A stretch of 64,000 bases of DNA from Spirochaetia bacterium (GTDB lineage: Bacteria > Spirochaetota > Spirochaetia > UBA9216). Each line of letters starts with the position of its first letter. Within the stretch, counting starts at the first letter, position 1. A program made the translations under genes and the position numbers. Where the stretch lies: positions 576,001 to 640,000 of the forward strand of contig OY776510.1 in the NCBI GenBank assembly GCA_963675665.1. Direction: 5' to 3'. Under the pieces are notes generated by a model. The model was not told the DNA's origin. It saw only the letters and a program-made list of their open reading frames with translations, and made no database searches. Positions 8,360 through 17,654 of this stretch are shown one piece after another.

Positions 8360-10687
8360 ATGTTATTTCTCAAAAAAATCCCATTATTTTTAATACTGAT
8401 ATTCTTATTATTTTCATGCGGTAATGAGAACAAGATTATAACAGAGCAAAATAACATTCAGGAACCAGTATTTTCATCGGAAGAACCAAAACAACCCGAC
8501 AATCCTCCTGTTGAGGTAACAACCGAAAAGCAACAGGCAATTATTACCTTTCTGACCGGCGACGTGACAAGACTGTCCGACAGCGAACAGGTTTTCGCAG
8601 AGATAGGGGACCAATTGTCGTTAAATGATACAATCCGGGTTAACGCTGATTCATACTGTGAAATTCAATTCGGGAACCGCGCCGTAATCAGGGTTGAAGA
8701 AAACACGGACCTTGCTTTAAGCTCGCTTCACCTTGAACAGGGGTATTCAAAAATCGGCATTGAACTTACAGCAGGCTCCATTCTCTGCAAGGTTGAAAAA
8801 CTGGCCAAAGACGAACGCTTCAGGGTTTCTACCGAAACAGCGGTATGCGGGGTCCGCGGGACTGAATTCAGAGTAAGCAGCAGCCCGGTAAAAACCGGGA
8901 GCTCCGTAAAGAAAACCGTTCTTTCCGTACAGGAAGGGGCTGTAGCCGTCACACCTCCCGCACTTGACGTTGAAAAGCTTGTCGCTTCCGTGAACGAAAA
9001 AACCGAAGCGGTTACAGAAATGCTTGAAAAAATCGAATCGTCAGCTGTTGTTGTTCAGGCAGATGAAGAAATTGATCTCACTGAAGACGTATTTGAACAG
9101 GTCGCGGAAACAGTTGAAAAAATAACCGAAGTTATCAGTATTATAGCAGCTTCCGAAGAAGAAACCGTAGTTTCAGAAAAACTGCTTGAACTTCAAAATC
9201 ACACGGAAGAGGCTTCAGCAGCTGTAAAAGCCCCGCCGGCTGAAATCAGGAAAATATCGGTAGAGAATTCCGAAAAGCTGAAAGCTCTCAAGGATGTAAG
9301 GATAATTAATCTTCCTGTAAAGACGATTTCGGAAAATGAAAAAACAGAAATCCCCGTCGTAAAGACGACTTCCGTATATACGCTGAACGTGACGGTGGAA
9401 CCCGCCGATTCCAATATAATATTTAATTCAAAACCGATTGGAACAGGCAGTTTTTCCGGTATTTTTGAGGAAGGGGAAACCCTTGTTATTGATTTTACCC
9501 ATGAAGGATATGAAAACCGGCATTATGAGATAACGGTATCCGCCGCAACCGAAGGACACCACAGAATCATTCTCGACCGGCTTCCTGAGGTTGAAAAGAC
9601 ACAGACGAAGCCCGGGCCCGTTGAAATTAAACCTGAAACTTCCCAAATTAAACCTTCGCCTGTCGCTGTCGAATCGGTTGAACCGGAACCTGAGCCCGAG
9701 CCGGAACCAATCGAAGCATTCATCACTGTTTCATCAGGCACCCTTACAGGTTCAGTCTCAGCAGATTCTGATTTGTTTTATGTTGCCGATTACAACGGAA
9801 CAGTCACAGCAATAACGCCTGAAGGCAATATTGCCTGGAAAATAAAAACGGAAAACAACTCTGTGGAAAATTCCTTCCCGTCTGCCGGCGAAGGATTGCT
9901 GTGCTTTTCAGGCGCTGCCGAATATATAATCCTGAACGGATCCTCAGGCCGGGTAATAAGCAAAAAACCCCTTGATGCGGAATCAGCTCATATTTTCGGA
10001 AGGCGCCTGGTGCCTACAAAAATCGGGCTGCTTCTTCCGACGAACAACAGCATCAGGATCCTTAACCCTTCAGACGGCAGTGAGACAAAAACAATCACGC
10101 TGCCTTCCGCCTCCGGAATGACTCCCGCTTTTTATAACGGGAAACTTCTTTCCGTTGATGTACATGGAACCTTTATTGTAATAAATCCTGCCGACGGAAG
10201 TATCTTAAGCAGCATTCCCACCGGGGCCGACCAGCCGATTGCACTGAGCATAACAATAAACAACGGTTCAGCTTTTTTTGCGGGAAGAAAGGGGACTGTT
10301 GTCTGTATAGATTTAAACAGCAACCGAGTCTTATGGGAAAAACAATTGCCGGGAGACAACCAGGTTTTCACAGATATTATCTGCAGCAGAACGGCAGCTC
10401 ATGTCTTCTCAAAAGGAAAGATATTCAGTCTTGATCTTAAAACCGGAAAAGAAATATTCAATGCCGCTGAAGACGCTTCCGCACCTGCGACCGTTTATAA
10501 AAACAACCTGGTTTACGGAAGCAATAAGGGAAAAATTATCCTGGCCGATGCATCCAACGGTGTCATCGTAAAAGAGCTGGATATAGATGGAATAATATCA
10601 ACACGGCCGGCAGTACTTGACGACAGAATTGCAGCGGGAACAGAAAGCGGAAAGTTTTTGATAATCAACCCTGAGGCTGTTCACTGA
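8360..10687 (+). CDS. Lipoprotein with FecR-like domain, PEGA-like domain, Pro/Glu linker and PQQ-like (BamB-type) beta-propeller
   Basis: LFSC lipobox; TAVCGVRGTEF; EPEPEPEPEP linker; repeated G-x-x-x-W propeller blades. Confidence 0.8.
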   Translation: MLFLKKIPLFLILIFLLFSCGNENKIITEQNNIQEPVFSSEEPKQPDNPPVEVTTEKQQAIITFLTGDVTRLSDSEQVFAEIGDQLSLNDTIRVNADSYCEIQFGNRAVIRVEENTDLALSSLHLEQGYSKIGIELTAGSILCKVEKLAKDERFRVSTETAVCGVRGTEFRVSSSPVKTGSSVKKTVLSVQEGAVAVTPPALDVEKLVASVNEKTEAVTEMLEKIESSAVVVQADEEIDLTEDVFEQVAETVEKITEVISIIAASEEETVVSEKLLELQNHTEEASAAVKAPPAEIRKISVENSEKLKALKDVRIINLPVKTISENEKTEIPVVKTTSVYTLNVTVEPADSNIIFNSKPIGTGSFSGIFEEGETLVIDFTHEGYENRHYEITVSAATEGHHRIILDRLPEVEKTQTKPGPVEIKPETSQIKPSPVAVESVEPEPEPEPEPIEAFITVSSGTLTGSVSADSDLFYVADYNGTVTAITPEGNIAWKIKTENNSVENSFPSAGEGLLCFSGAAEYIILNGSSGRVISKKPLDAESAHIFGRRLVPTKIGLLLPTNNSIRILNPSDGSETKTITLPSASGMTPAFYNGKLLSVDVHGTFIVINPADGSILSSIPTGADQPIALSITINNGSAFFAGRKGTVVCIDLNSNRVLWEKQLPGDNQVFTDIICSRTAAHVFSKGKIFSLDLKTGKEIFNAAEDASAPATVYKNNLVYGSNKGKIILADASNGVIVKELDIDGIISTRPAVLDDRIAAGTESGKFLIINPEAVH

Positions 10688-10703
10688 TCAGCCGGTTCCG
10701 GCA

Positions 10704-12326
10704 TTAATTCCCGTTTATCCTGTTCAGCTCTTCGTTGAGGATTTCTATCTGGGCTTTATTCTCTGCTCCTATGGCTTCAAGTCCGGATGATTCCTCTACA
10801 ATTATTTCACCGAGTCTTTTTAACGATTCTATATTCTCTTTTGTCTGATCAACAGCTTTTTTAATATCATCAATACTCTGGTTGCCGTTGTCTATTTCAT
10901 CTTTCATCGATGAAAGCGATTGTTGAACGATATCATTCGAATTACGCAGGTTCGTTACTGAATCGGATATCGAATCGGTACCGGCTGACAGTTCAACCAT
11001 GCTTCGGACAATATCCGACAGAGATTGTCCCATATTGGTAATCTCATTTATCAGGCCGGAAAAAACCTTCTGCATTTCATGAGCGGCCTGATTTGAATCT
11101 TCGAAATGTTCATTATTGCTGGTAATACTTTTTCTTATTGCTTCCGAGTTATGCGCTGTCTCCTCGGACAGTTTTCGGATCTCCTCGGCTACAACAGCAA
11201 ACCCCTTGCCCGCCTCACCGGCGTGGGCGGCTTCAATAGCGGCGTTCATTGCAAGCATATTCGTCCTGCTTGAAATTACTTCGATTACTTCTATAATTTC
11301 AAGAATGTCGTCCGTCGATTCCGACAGTCTGTTCAGGGAATTCAGCGAATCTTCAAGCTTGCCTTCACCTTTCCGTGCAGCTTCATTCAGACGGTCCACC
11401 TGCCCCAGTTTCTGTTCTGCAAGCCGGCTTACAAAGGAGATCTGGGCCAGAATCTGTTCTACCGCTGCCGACGACTGGTTTATTGCCTCGGTCTGAAGCT
11501 GACTTTTTTCGCTTACCTTTTTCCCGGATTCCATTATCTGCATATTGGAACTGCCGCCCCGGTCGGTTGAGTTTTTAAGATCTTCTACAATTTTTCCAAT
11601 ATTGCCCAATTTGGCAGAAATATCTCCGGCGCTTCTGCTTGTTGACTCTGCTGCAGACATCAGTTTTTCACCGACATCAAATGAGGCTCTCATTTCATCA
11701 ATAACACCGTTTATCCGTTTAAAACTTTCTTCGGCCTTAACTTTTTCAGTCTGAGCCGCAGATATTGATCTGAGCTGCATTCTGAATACAAGAATCGCAA
11801 ACAGCGCCGCCATGAAAAGAAAAGTGATCGAAATAATAAACTGCCCGGTTATGTCCGTTTCACCATGTTCTTCGGCAAAAGGCATAAGCAGAATAAAAAA
11901 GAACAGGGCCTGCCCGGCAAGGCCCGCGCCTGCAACTATTATCATCTGCCAGATATTATAAGCCAGCAACGGAGCGACGCAAATGACGGATATTATATAG
12001 GTCGAAAACTTGTAAAGATCATCAAGTTCATTATGTTCCTGAATCATGAACATAATGAAAGCGGCTGCCGTGAAAAGTACTATGCTTACTATACTGCTGA
12101 TTTTATATTTTCCACGATACAGAATAATAATATTGACCGCAAGGATGGCAGATACTACAGCCTCTCCTGCCGCCACAGTATAGCTTGATTCAAGCAGGCG
12201 GATTGTTGCAAACATTATAAAGAATATCCCAAGAATAAAGTTTATCACCAACAGGGTGACTGCCTTTTCCTGAAAATTGCTGTTCTCAATTCTGTAAACG
12301 TCTTTAAGTCTGTTAATCGGGTTCAT
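10704..12326 (-). CDS. Methyl-accepting chemotaxis protein with multi-TM N-terminus
   Basis: [32 protein letters not shown] signalling hairpin; about 6 hydrophobic segments; start at 12326 inferred from TTGAAA-N17-CATAAT-N6-ATG. Confidence 0.92.
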   Translation of the reverse strand: MNPINRLKDVYRIENSNFQEKAVTLLVINFILGIFFIMFATIRLLESSYTVAAGEAVVSAILAVNIIILYRGKYKISSIVSIVLFTAAAFIMFMIQEHNELDDLYKFSTYIISVICVAPLLAYNIWQMIIVAGAGLAGQALFFFILLMPFAEEHGETDITGQFIISITFLFMAALFAILVFRMQLRSISAAQTEKVKAEESFKRINGVIDEMRASFDVGEKLMSAAESTSRSAGDISAKLGNIGKIVEDLKNSTDRGGSSNMQIMESGKKVSEKSQLQTEAINQSSAAVEQILAQISFVSRLAEQKLGQVDRLNEAARKGEGKLEDSLNSLNRLSESTDDILEIIEVIEVISSRTNMLAMNAAIEAAHAGEAGKGFAVVAEEIRKLSEETAHNSEAIRKSITSNNEHFEDSNQAAHEMQKVFSGLINEITNMGQSLSDIVRSMVELSAGTDSISDSVTNLRNSNDIVQQSLSSMKDEIDNGNQSIDDIKKAVDQTKENIESLKRLGEIIVEESSGLEAIGAENKAQIEILNEELNRINGN

Positions 12327-12400
12327 ATATGAATTATGATTCATTGTCAAATTAATTTCAAATCAGATTGATAAAAAACCGGCTGTTTTTATCATGTCCC

Positions 12401-12437
12401 AAAAATAAAGACCTACTTTCAAACAGGCCTTTATTTT
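12401..12437 (-). terminator. Probable terminator of the ABC operon
   Basis: Imperfect stem AAAATAAAGaCCT...AGGcCTTTATTTT after the permease stop. Confidence 0.5.
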
Positions 12438-12450
12438 GTTTTTATGCTGC

Positions 12451-13443
12451 TCAGGCAGCCTGACTCTTCATATGCTGAATGTGGTCTATTGAAACAGCAA
12501 AAAGAAGGATCAAACCTTTGATAAGGTCCTGCCAGTAAACCGAAACATCAAGCAAAATAAGAGAACTGGTTATAATTGACAGAAGTGCTATCCCGAGAAT
12601 TGAACCGAAAACGGTGCCTTCTCCGCCGGTAAGACTCGCTCCGCCGATAACAGCGGCAGATATGGCAGTCATCTCGAGCCCTACGCCGAAACCGGGCGTT
12701 GATGCGCCGAAGCGGGACATATAGATAATGCCGGCAAGCCCGGACAGGGTACAACACAGAACGCTTACGCCTATCTTGACCTTTTTAACCCTGATGCCGG
12801 AGAAGATAGCTGCTTTTTCATTGCTTCCGGTATAAAAAACTTTTCTCAGAACCGTGGAATTCCGCAGCATATAATCGCTGACTACCACAATCACAAGAAA
12901 TATTATTATTACAAACGGAAAAGGTCCGATAGAACCCTGCCCTATAAACTTGAAACTCTGCGGCAGGGTAAAAAGGGACAATGGAGTTCCCTGGGTTATA
13001 ACAAAACATGCCCCGCGGGCTATCCCCATAAATGCCAGTGTCGTGATAAAATGCACCAGCCCTATTTTTGTAACAAGCAGCCCCTGGATTGCGCCTATAC
13101 CCGCACAAACAACCAGGGCAATGACACTTGCAACCCACGGATTAACCCCCACCAAAAAGAGTTTTCCCGCAATACACATAGCCAGACACATTACCGCGCC
13201 GACGGACAAGTCGATTCCGCCCAGAACCAGGATTACAGTCATTCCTACAACGACGATTCCTTCGGTTGCGAATGAAAGGAAAATAGCCTTCCAGTTGCTC
13301 CAGGTCATAAAATAAGGGGAAAGGAAGCTCATAAGAATACAGACAGCAGCGATGATCAGAATCAGCGTGCCTTCCCTGAAATTCTTAAATCTGTTGAACA
13401 GACTGATAATTCCGCCTGTTTTCATCTTAATATTTTCAACCAT
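12451..13443 (-). CDS. Sugar ABC permease (RbsC type)
   Basis: GGIDLSVG, GSNEKAAIFSGI (EAA loop), AVIGGASLTGGEG. Confidence 0.95.
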   Translation of the reverse strand: MVENIKMKTGGIISLFNRFKNFREGTLILIIAAVCILMSFLSPYFMTWSNWKAIFLSFATEGIVVVGMTVILVLGGIDLSVGAVMCLAMCIAGKLFLVGVNPWVASVIALVVCAGIGAIQGLLVTKIGLVHFITTLAFMGIARGACFVITQGTPLSLFTLPQSFKFIGQGSIGPFPFVIIIFLVIVVVSDYMLRNSTVLRKVFYTGSNEKAAIFSGIRVKKVKIGVSVLCCTLSGLAGIIYMSRFGASTPGFGVGLEMTAISAAVIGGASLTGGEGTVFGSILGIALLSIITSSLILLDVSVYWQDLIKGLILLFAVSIDHIQHMKSQAA

Positions 13444-13458
13444 AATTTATATTCTCCC

Positions 13459-14967
13459 TTATGCTCCGATCTTTTCCAGGCCGGAAGCCATGTGGATTAT
13501 TTTCTTTTCGTTTATATCGTTACCGGTAATAATACCGCAGTTGTCGCCTTCATGCATAACAAGCACGCGATCGCTCATCCCGATAAGTTCCGGCAGTTCG
13601 GAGGATATCATTATCACCCCTATTCCCTGACAGGTCAATTCGCGAATCAGCTTATGGATTTCTGCTTTTGCTCCGACATCAATACCCCGTGTAGGTTCAT
13701 CCATGATAACGACCTTCGGGTTTACCGACAACAGCTTTCCGATTAAAACCTTCTGCTGATTTCCACCCGACAGGGACGAAACATCCTGCCCCAGAGAACT
13801 GAATTTTACATTCAGTTTCTTCGTATATTCATCAGCCAGCTTTCTTTCCCTGCCGTTATCCACCATTCCGTTCACAGAGACGGCTTCCAGATTCAGGGCT
13901 GAAACATTCTTCTGAATTGACATCTCAAGAAATACACCCTCTACCTTTCGGTCCTCCGAGAGATATACTATTCCGTTTTCAATTGCATCACGGTAATCTC
14001 CGATACCGATACTATTTCCCTTAAAATAAATTTCTCCGCTTATTCTGGGGAAAAGACCGCATATGGATTTAACAACCTCGCTTCTTCCCGCGCCTATCAG
14101 ACCTGAAAGTCCCAGAATTTCTCCTTCATGAAGAGTAAACGATATATCCCTGAACCGATTTCCATCGGAAAAATTTTCTATTCTTAAAAGTTCTTCCTGC
14201 TCAGTACAATTGCCTTCAAATTTGGGCGGGTAAAGATCACTTATCTCCCGTCCGACCATCCTGCTGACGACCTCTTTTGAATTCGTCTTGTCGATATCCA
14301 GGCTTCCGCAGTATGTTCCGTCGCGCAGTATTGAAACCCTGTCGCATTGAGAAAAAATCTCAGCCATTCTATGGCTGATGTAAATCATGCTGATGCCATT
14401 TTTCTTAAGTTCATGCATGATCTTGAAAAGCGCTGTTGTCTCACTCTCGGTAAGCGCAGCAGTTGGTTCATCCAGAATGAGGATCTTGCAATTCAGCGAA
14501 AGAGCTTTTGCAATTTCAACTATCTGCTGATTCGAAATCGAAAGCTCACTGACCTTTTTCCTCGGATCAATATCGCCGAGCGGGGCAAGCGCCGTTCCGG
14601 CCCTCTTGTAGAGGTCCCTGTAATTTATAAAATTTTTTTCAGTACGGTTTATCTCCGACATGAATACATTTTCGGCCACCGTTACATGCTGACAAAGAGC
14701 AATCTCCTGGTGAACAAAGCCGATTCCGTACTGCTGTGCATCAAGCGGATTCCTGATGTTGACTTCTTCCCCGTTAATAAAGATCTGCCCCTCATCGGGC
14801 AGGTGAACACCGTCTATTATATTCATAAGAGTCGATTTACCTGCACCGTTCTCGCCGACCAGGGCGAGAACTTCTCCCTTCTTCAGAGTCAAATCAACCT
14901 TATCAAGGGCCCTTGTTCCGGGAAAATCCTTTACAATCCCTCTGACCTCTAATACAAATTCACTCAA
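13459..14967 (-). CDS. Sugar ABC ATP-binding protein
   Basis: GENGAGKST, LDEPT, LSGGNQQKV; TTG start at 14967 after GGAGG. Confidence 0.95.
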   Translation of the reverse strand: MSEFVLEVRGIVKDFPGTRALDKVDLTLKKGEVLALVGENGAGKSTLMNIIDGVHLPDEGQIFINGEEVNIRNPLDAQQYGIGFVHQEIALCQHVTVAENVFMSEINRTEKNFINYRDLYKRAGTALAPLGDIDPRKKVSELSISNQQIVEIAKALSLNCKILILDEPTAALTESETTALFKIMHELKKNGISMIYISHRMAEIFSQCDRVSILRDGTYCGSLDIDKTNSKEVVSRMVGREISDLYPPKFEGNCTEQEELLRIENFSDGNRFRDISFTLHEGEILGLSGLIGAGRSEVVKSICGLFPRISGEIYFKGNSIGIGDYRDAIENGIVYLSEDRKVEGVFLEMSIQKNVSALNLEAVSVNGMVDNGRERKLADEYTKKLNVKFSSLGQDVSSLSGGNQQKVLIGKLLSVNPKVVIMDEPTRGIDVGAKAEIHKLIRELTCQGIGVIMISSELPELIGMSDRVLVMHEGDNCGIITGNDINEKKIIHMASGLEKIGA

Positions 14968-14997
14968 TTTGTTCCTCCAGAAACGCTGTAGCAATGC

Positions 14998-15028
14998 TTA
15001 AAAAGGCCGCAGGCTTCTCTGCGGCCTT
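14998..15028 (-). terminator. Intra-operon hairpin after the SBP gene
   Basis: AAGGCCGCAG/CTGCGGCCTT stem followed by Ts on the minus strand. Confidence 0.65.
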
Positions 15029-15041
15029 AATCAGACAAAAA

Positions 15042-16121
15042 CTATTCGTTTATACCTTTGGTGCCTCTTTTCTTGAGATATTTATCCCAATAGAAGTAAT
15101 CAGCATTGTCTTTGGTTACAACTGCAAGTCCGTTATCAACAAAAGGTATTCCCATCGGGTTGTAACCGGCTGCTTCGAAATCATTCATCGGTTCAATCAT
15201 GTTCGGATGTGCTGCAAGATAAAGCATCAGCATTCCGTAGTAACCCTGTGTGCCCTGATTCGGGTTAAGAGCTGCATAGATATCGCCTTCTTTAAGCATA
15301 TCGAGAACCTTGGCATTGATGTCTACACACATTACCTTGATGCCGGTTCCGAGTTCCTTGGCCGCCTGTGCAGCGCCCATTCCTGAACTTGCTTCCGGCA
15401 TGAAAATACCACCGAGTTTCGGATGGGCCTGTGCCATGGTCATTACAGCCTGGTATGCCTTGTTCGGATCCTGGTTTGTTGCAGCTCTGGCAACTACCTT
15501 CATATTCGGATAAGTGCTTTCAATTCTGCTTACGAAAGATTTTACTCTCAGATCGTGGTTGTCCTGTCCCGGATTTTCAAGTACGGCTACTTCACCTTTC
15601 TCACCAAGAGCCTTGGCAATAGTATCGGCTGCATATTCACCTTCACGAACATTATCGGAAGTGATGTAGGAAACTCTCTTTGAGTTCGGAGAATCAGCGG
15701 CAAATGTAACAACAGGAATACCCATTTCGGCTGCTCTGTTGATAGGTTCAATAAATGCATCCGGATTCATCGGGTGAAGAAGAATACCGGCCGGTTTCTT
15801 TGCAAGAATCTGCTCAAATACTGCAAGCTGCTTGTTAACATCATACTCGGGAGTACCTGTATATACAGTTTTTACACCAAGCTGCCATGCACATTCTTTC
15901 ATCATTTCGTATACCGGGAACCAATATTCTACACCGGATACCATAACACACATATAGTAAGTTTCTGAAGGATCCCCGACAAACGGTGAATCTACACCTT
16001 CAGCCTCTGCGGCCGCGGAGGCTGCAGCTTCTTCTTTTGCACAGCCGGAAAACGCAAATGTTGCAATGATTGCCAGTATGATTAGAACAACAATCATACT
16101 TTTAGTTCTCATGTTTTTCAT
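15042..16121 (-). CDS. Sugar ABC substrate-binding lipoprotein
   Basis: FSGC lipobox, Ala-rich linker, periplasmic-binding-protein motifs (GIPVVTF, ITSDN); ATG after GGAGAG. Confidence 0.9.
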   Translation of the reverse strand: MKNMRTKSMIVVLIILAIIATFAFSGCAKEEAAASAAAEAEGVDSPFVGDPSETYYMCVMVSGVEYWFPVYEMMKECAWQLGVKTVYTGTPEYDVNKQLAVFEQILAKKPAGILLHPMNPDAFIEPINRAAEMGIPVVTFAADSPNSKRVSYITSDNVREGEYAADTIAKALGEKGEVAVLENPGQDNHDLRVKSFVSRIESTYPNMKVVARAATNQDPNKAYQAVMTMAQAHPKLGGIFMPEASSGMGAAQAAKELGTGIKVMCVDINAKVLDMLKEGDIYAALNPNQGTQGYYGMLMLYLAAHPNMIEPMNDFEAAGYNPMGIPFVDNGLAVVTKDNADYFYWDKYLKKRGTKGINE

Positions 16122-16163
16122 AAACTCTCCTTTAAAGTTTTTCATGACATTCGTTAATTATAT

Positions 16164-16179
16164 TGCAACTATCGTGCCA
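16164..16179 (-). promoter_or_regulatory. sigma54 (-24/-12) promoter
   Basis: Minus strand TGGCACGATAGTTGCA, a perfect TGGCAC-N5-TTGC consensus. Confidence 0.9.
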
Positions 16180-16252
16180 ATCATGCCGATTCAGGATAAG
16201 TTACCGTTTTGAAAGAACTTAGCAGAACGGAATTTTCCTGATTAACAGAATG

Positions 16253-16303
16253 TGTTCAGATTTTGGACAAAAGGCCGGGTTTACACTGTACAATTGAAGT
16301 ACA
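16253..16303. promoter_or_regulatory. Two TGT-N11-ACA enhancer sites
   Basis: TGTTCAGATTTTGGACA (16253-16269) and TGTACAATTGAAGTACA (16287-16303), 74-124 bp from the -24 element, next to a Fis-HTH bEBP gene. Confidence 0.65.
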
Positions 16304-16358
16304 CTTGAACGTTTTCGCTTTAATGCTTTTTGTATCCATGGTAAAGTATTGCCAGACA

Positions 16359-17654
16359 ATGAATAGAATTCTTATTATAGATGATAACCGGAAAATACTC
16401 GACACGCTTTCACGAAATTTCCTTTCGGAGGGCATTGAATGCCGCACGGCTGCCAATACCGCCGAAGGCATTGAAGCGCTGCAATGCTGCCCGATAGATC
16501 TGGCGCTTGTCGATATACGCATAGGAGATGAAAGCGGAATTGATGCGCTTATCGAAATAAAAAAACTGATACCTGATATCCCGGTTTTAATGATAACCGG
16601 GTTCGGTACAATTGAAACAGCTGTTGAAGCCATAAAACTGGGCGCCAGCGAATATATAAAAAAACCTGTTCGTTTTCCGGAGCTTCTGAAACAGGTAAAA
16701 CTCTTTCTTAAGGACGAACCGAGCGAGCTGCCTGCAATTCCGAACCTGCAGACGAAAAATCCGCAGATGATAGCATTGATAAAAAAAGCGATCAAACTTG
16801 CCCAGTCGAATCTTTCGGTACTGATACTCGGAGAAAGCGGAACCGGAAAAGAGGTTTTCGCCGATCTTATTCACCGAAATTCTCCGCGAACTGACAATCC
16901 CTTTCTGAGGGTAAACTGCGCAGCTTTTCCCGATACCCTTCTGGATAATGAGCTTTTCGGGCATGAAAAAGGGGCCTATACAGGCGCTGATGATAAATTC
17001 CAGGGTGTTTTTGAACGTGCTGATACAGGGACCCTCTTTCTTGATGAACTCGGCGACATGCCGCTGGCCATTCAGGCCAAAATCCTCAGGGCAATACAGG
17101 AACATGAAATAAGAAGACTGGGCGGCAAGGATATTATTAATATAGATGTAAGGTTTATAGGCGCAACTAATCATAATCTAGAGCAGATGGTAGCTGAAAA
17201 AAAATTCCGTCAGGATCTTTACTACAGGCTTAACTGTGCCGCCCTTAAGCTTCCGGCTTTACGGGAACGAAAAGAAGACATACCTATTCTGACGGAATAT
17301 ATTCTCAACCAGGTCACAACACCGGAACGGCGGGTAAGCCTTGCTCCGGAAACCATGGAGACGCTTCTGTCATATGACTGGCCGGGAAATATTCGTGAGC
17401 TTAAGGCCGCACTGAATTACGGAGCGACAATCTGCACCAACTCGGTAATAAGACCGGAAGATCTTCCCATGGGTGATCATCCGGTAAAAATGGCAAGCAG
17501 CGGACTTTCTCCCGGGCAGGCTGTCGAGAGAGAGCTTTTTTTAAAAACCCTGATAAAACACGGGTTTAATAAAAAAAAGGCGGCTGAAGAGCTTGGAATC
17601 TCACGAACGACATTATACAGCAAAATGAACAAATACGGTATCAATGACCAGTAA
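16359..17654 (+). CDS. sigma54-dependent response regulator (NtrC family)
   Basis: REC domain (IIDD, LVDIR), GESGTGKE, ELFGHEKGAYTGA, WPGNIREL, Fis HTH LGISRTTLY. Confidence 0.95.
   Translation: MNRILIIDDNRKILDTLSRNFLSEGIECRTAANTAEGIEALQCCPIDLALVDIRIGDESGIDALIEIKKLIPDIPVLMITGFGTIETAVEAIKLGASEYIKKPVRFPELLKQVKLFLKDEPSELPAIPNLQTKNPQMIALIKKAIKLAQSNLSVLILGESGTGKEVFADLIHRNSPRTDNPFLRVNCAAFPDTLLDNELFGHEKGAYTGADDKFQGVFERADTGTLFLDELGDMPLAIQAKILRAIQEHEIRRLGGKDIINIDVRFIGATNHNLEQMVAEKKFRQDLYYRLNCAALKLPALRERKEDIPILTEYILNQVTTPERRVSLAPETMETLLSYDWPGNIRELKAALNYGATICTNSVIRPEDLPMGDHPVKMASSGLSPGQAVERELFLKTLIKHGFNKKKAAEELGISRTTLYSKMNKYGINDQ

Noticed and set aside
9681-9708. GAACCG/GAGCCC repeat as a contingency locus
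   Set aside because: Synonymously varied codons for an in-frame Glu-Pro linker
16256-17174. Long antisense ORFs (16256..16795, 16587..17174, and similar ones such as 14347..14952 and 61419..61976)
   Set aside because: Shadows of well-supported genes on the other strand, with no motifs or RBS
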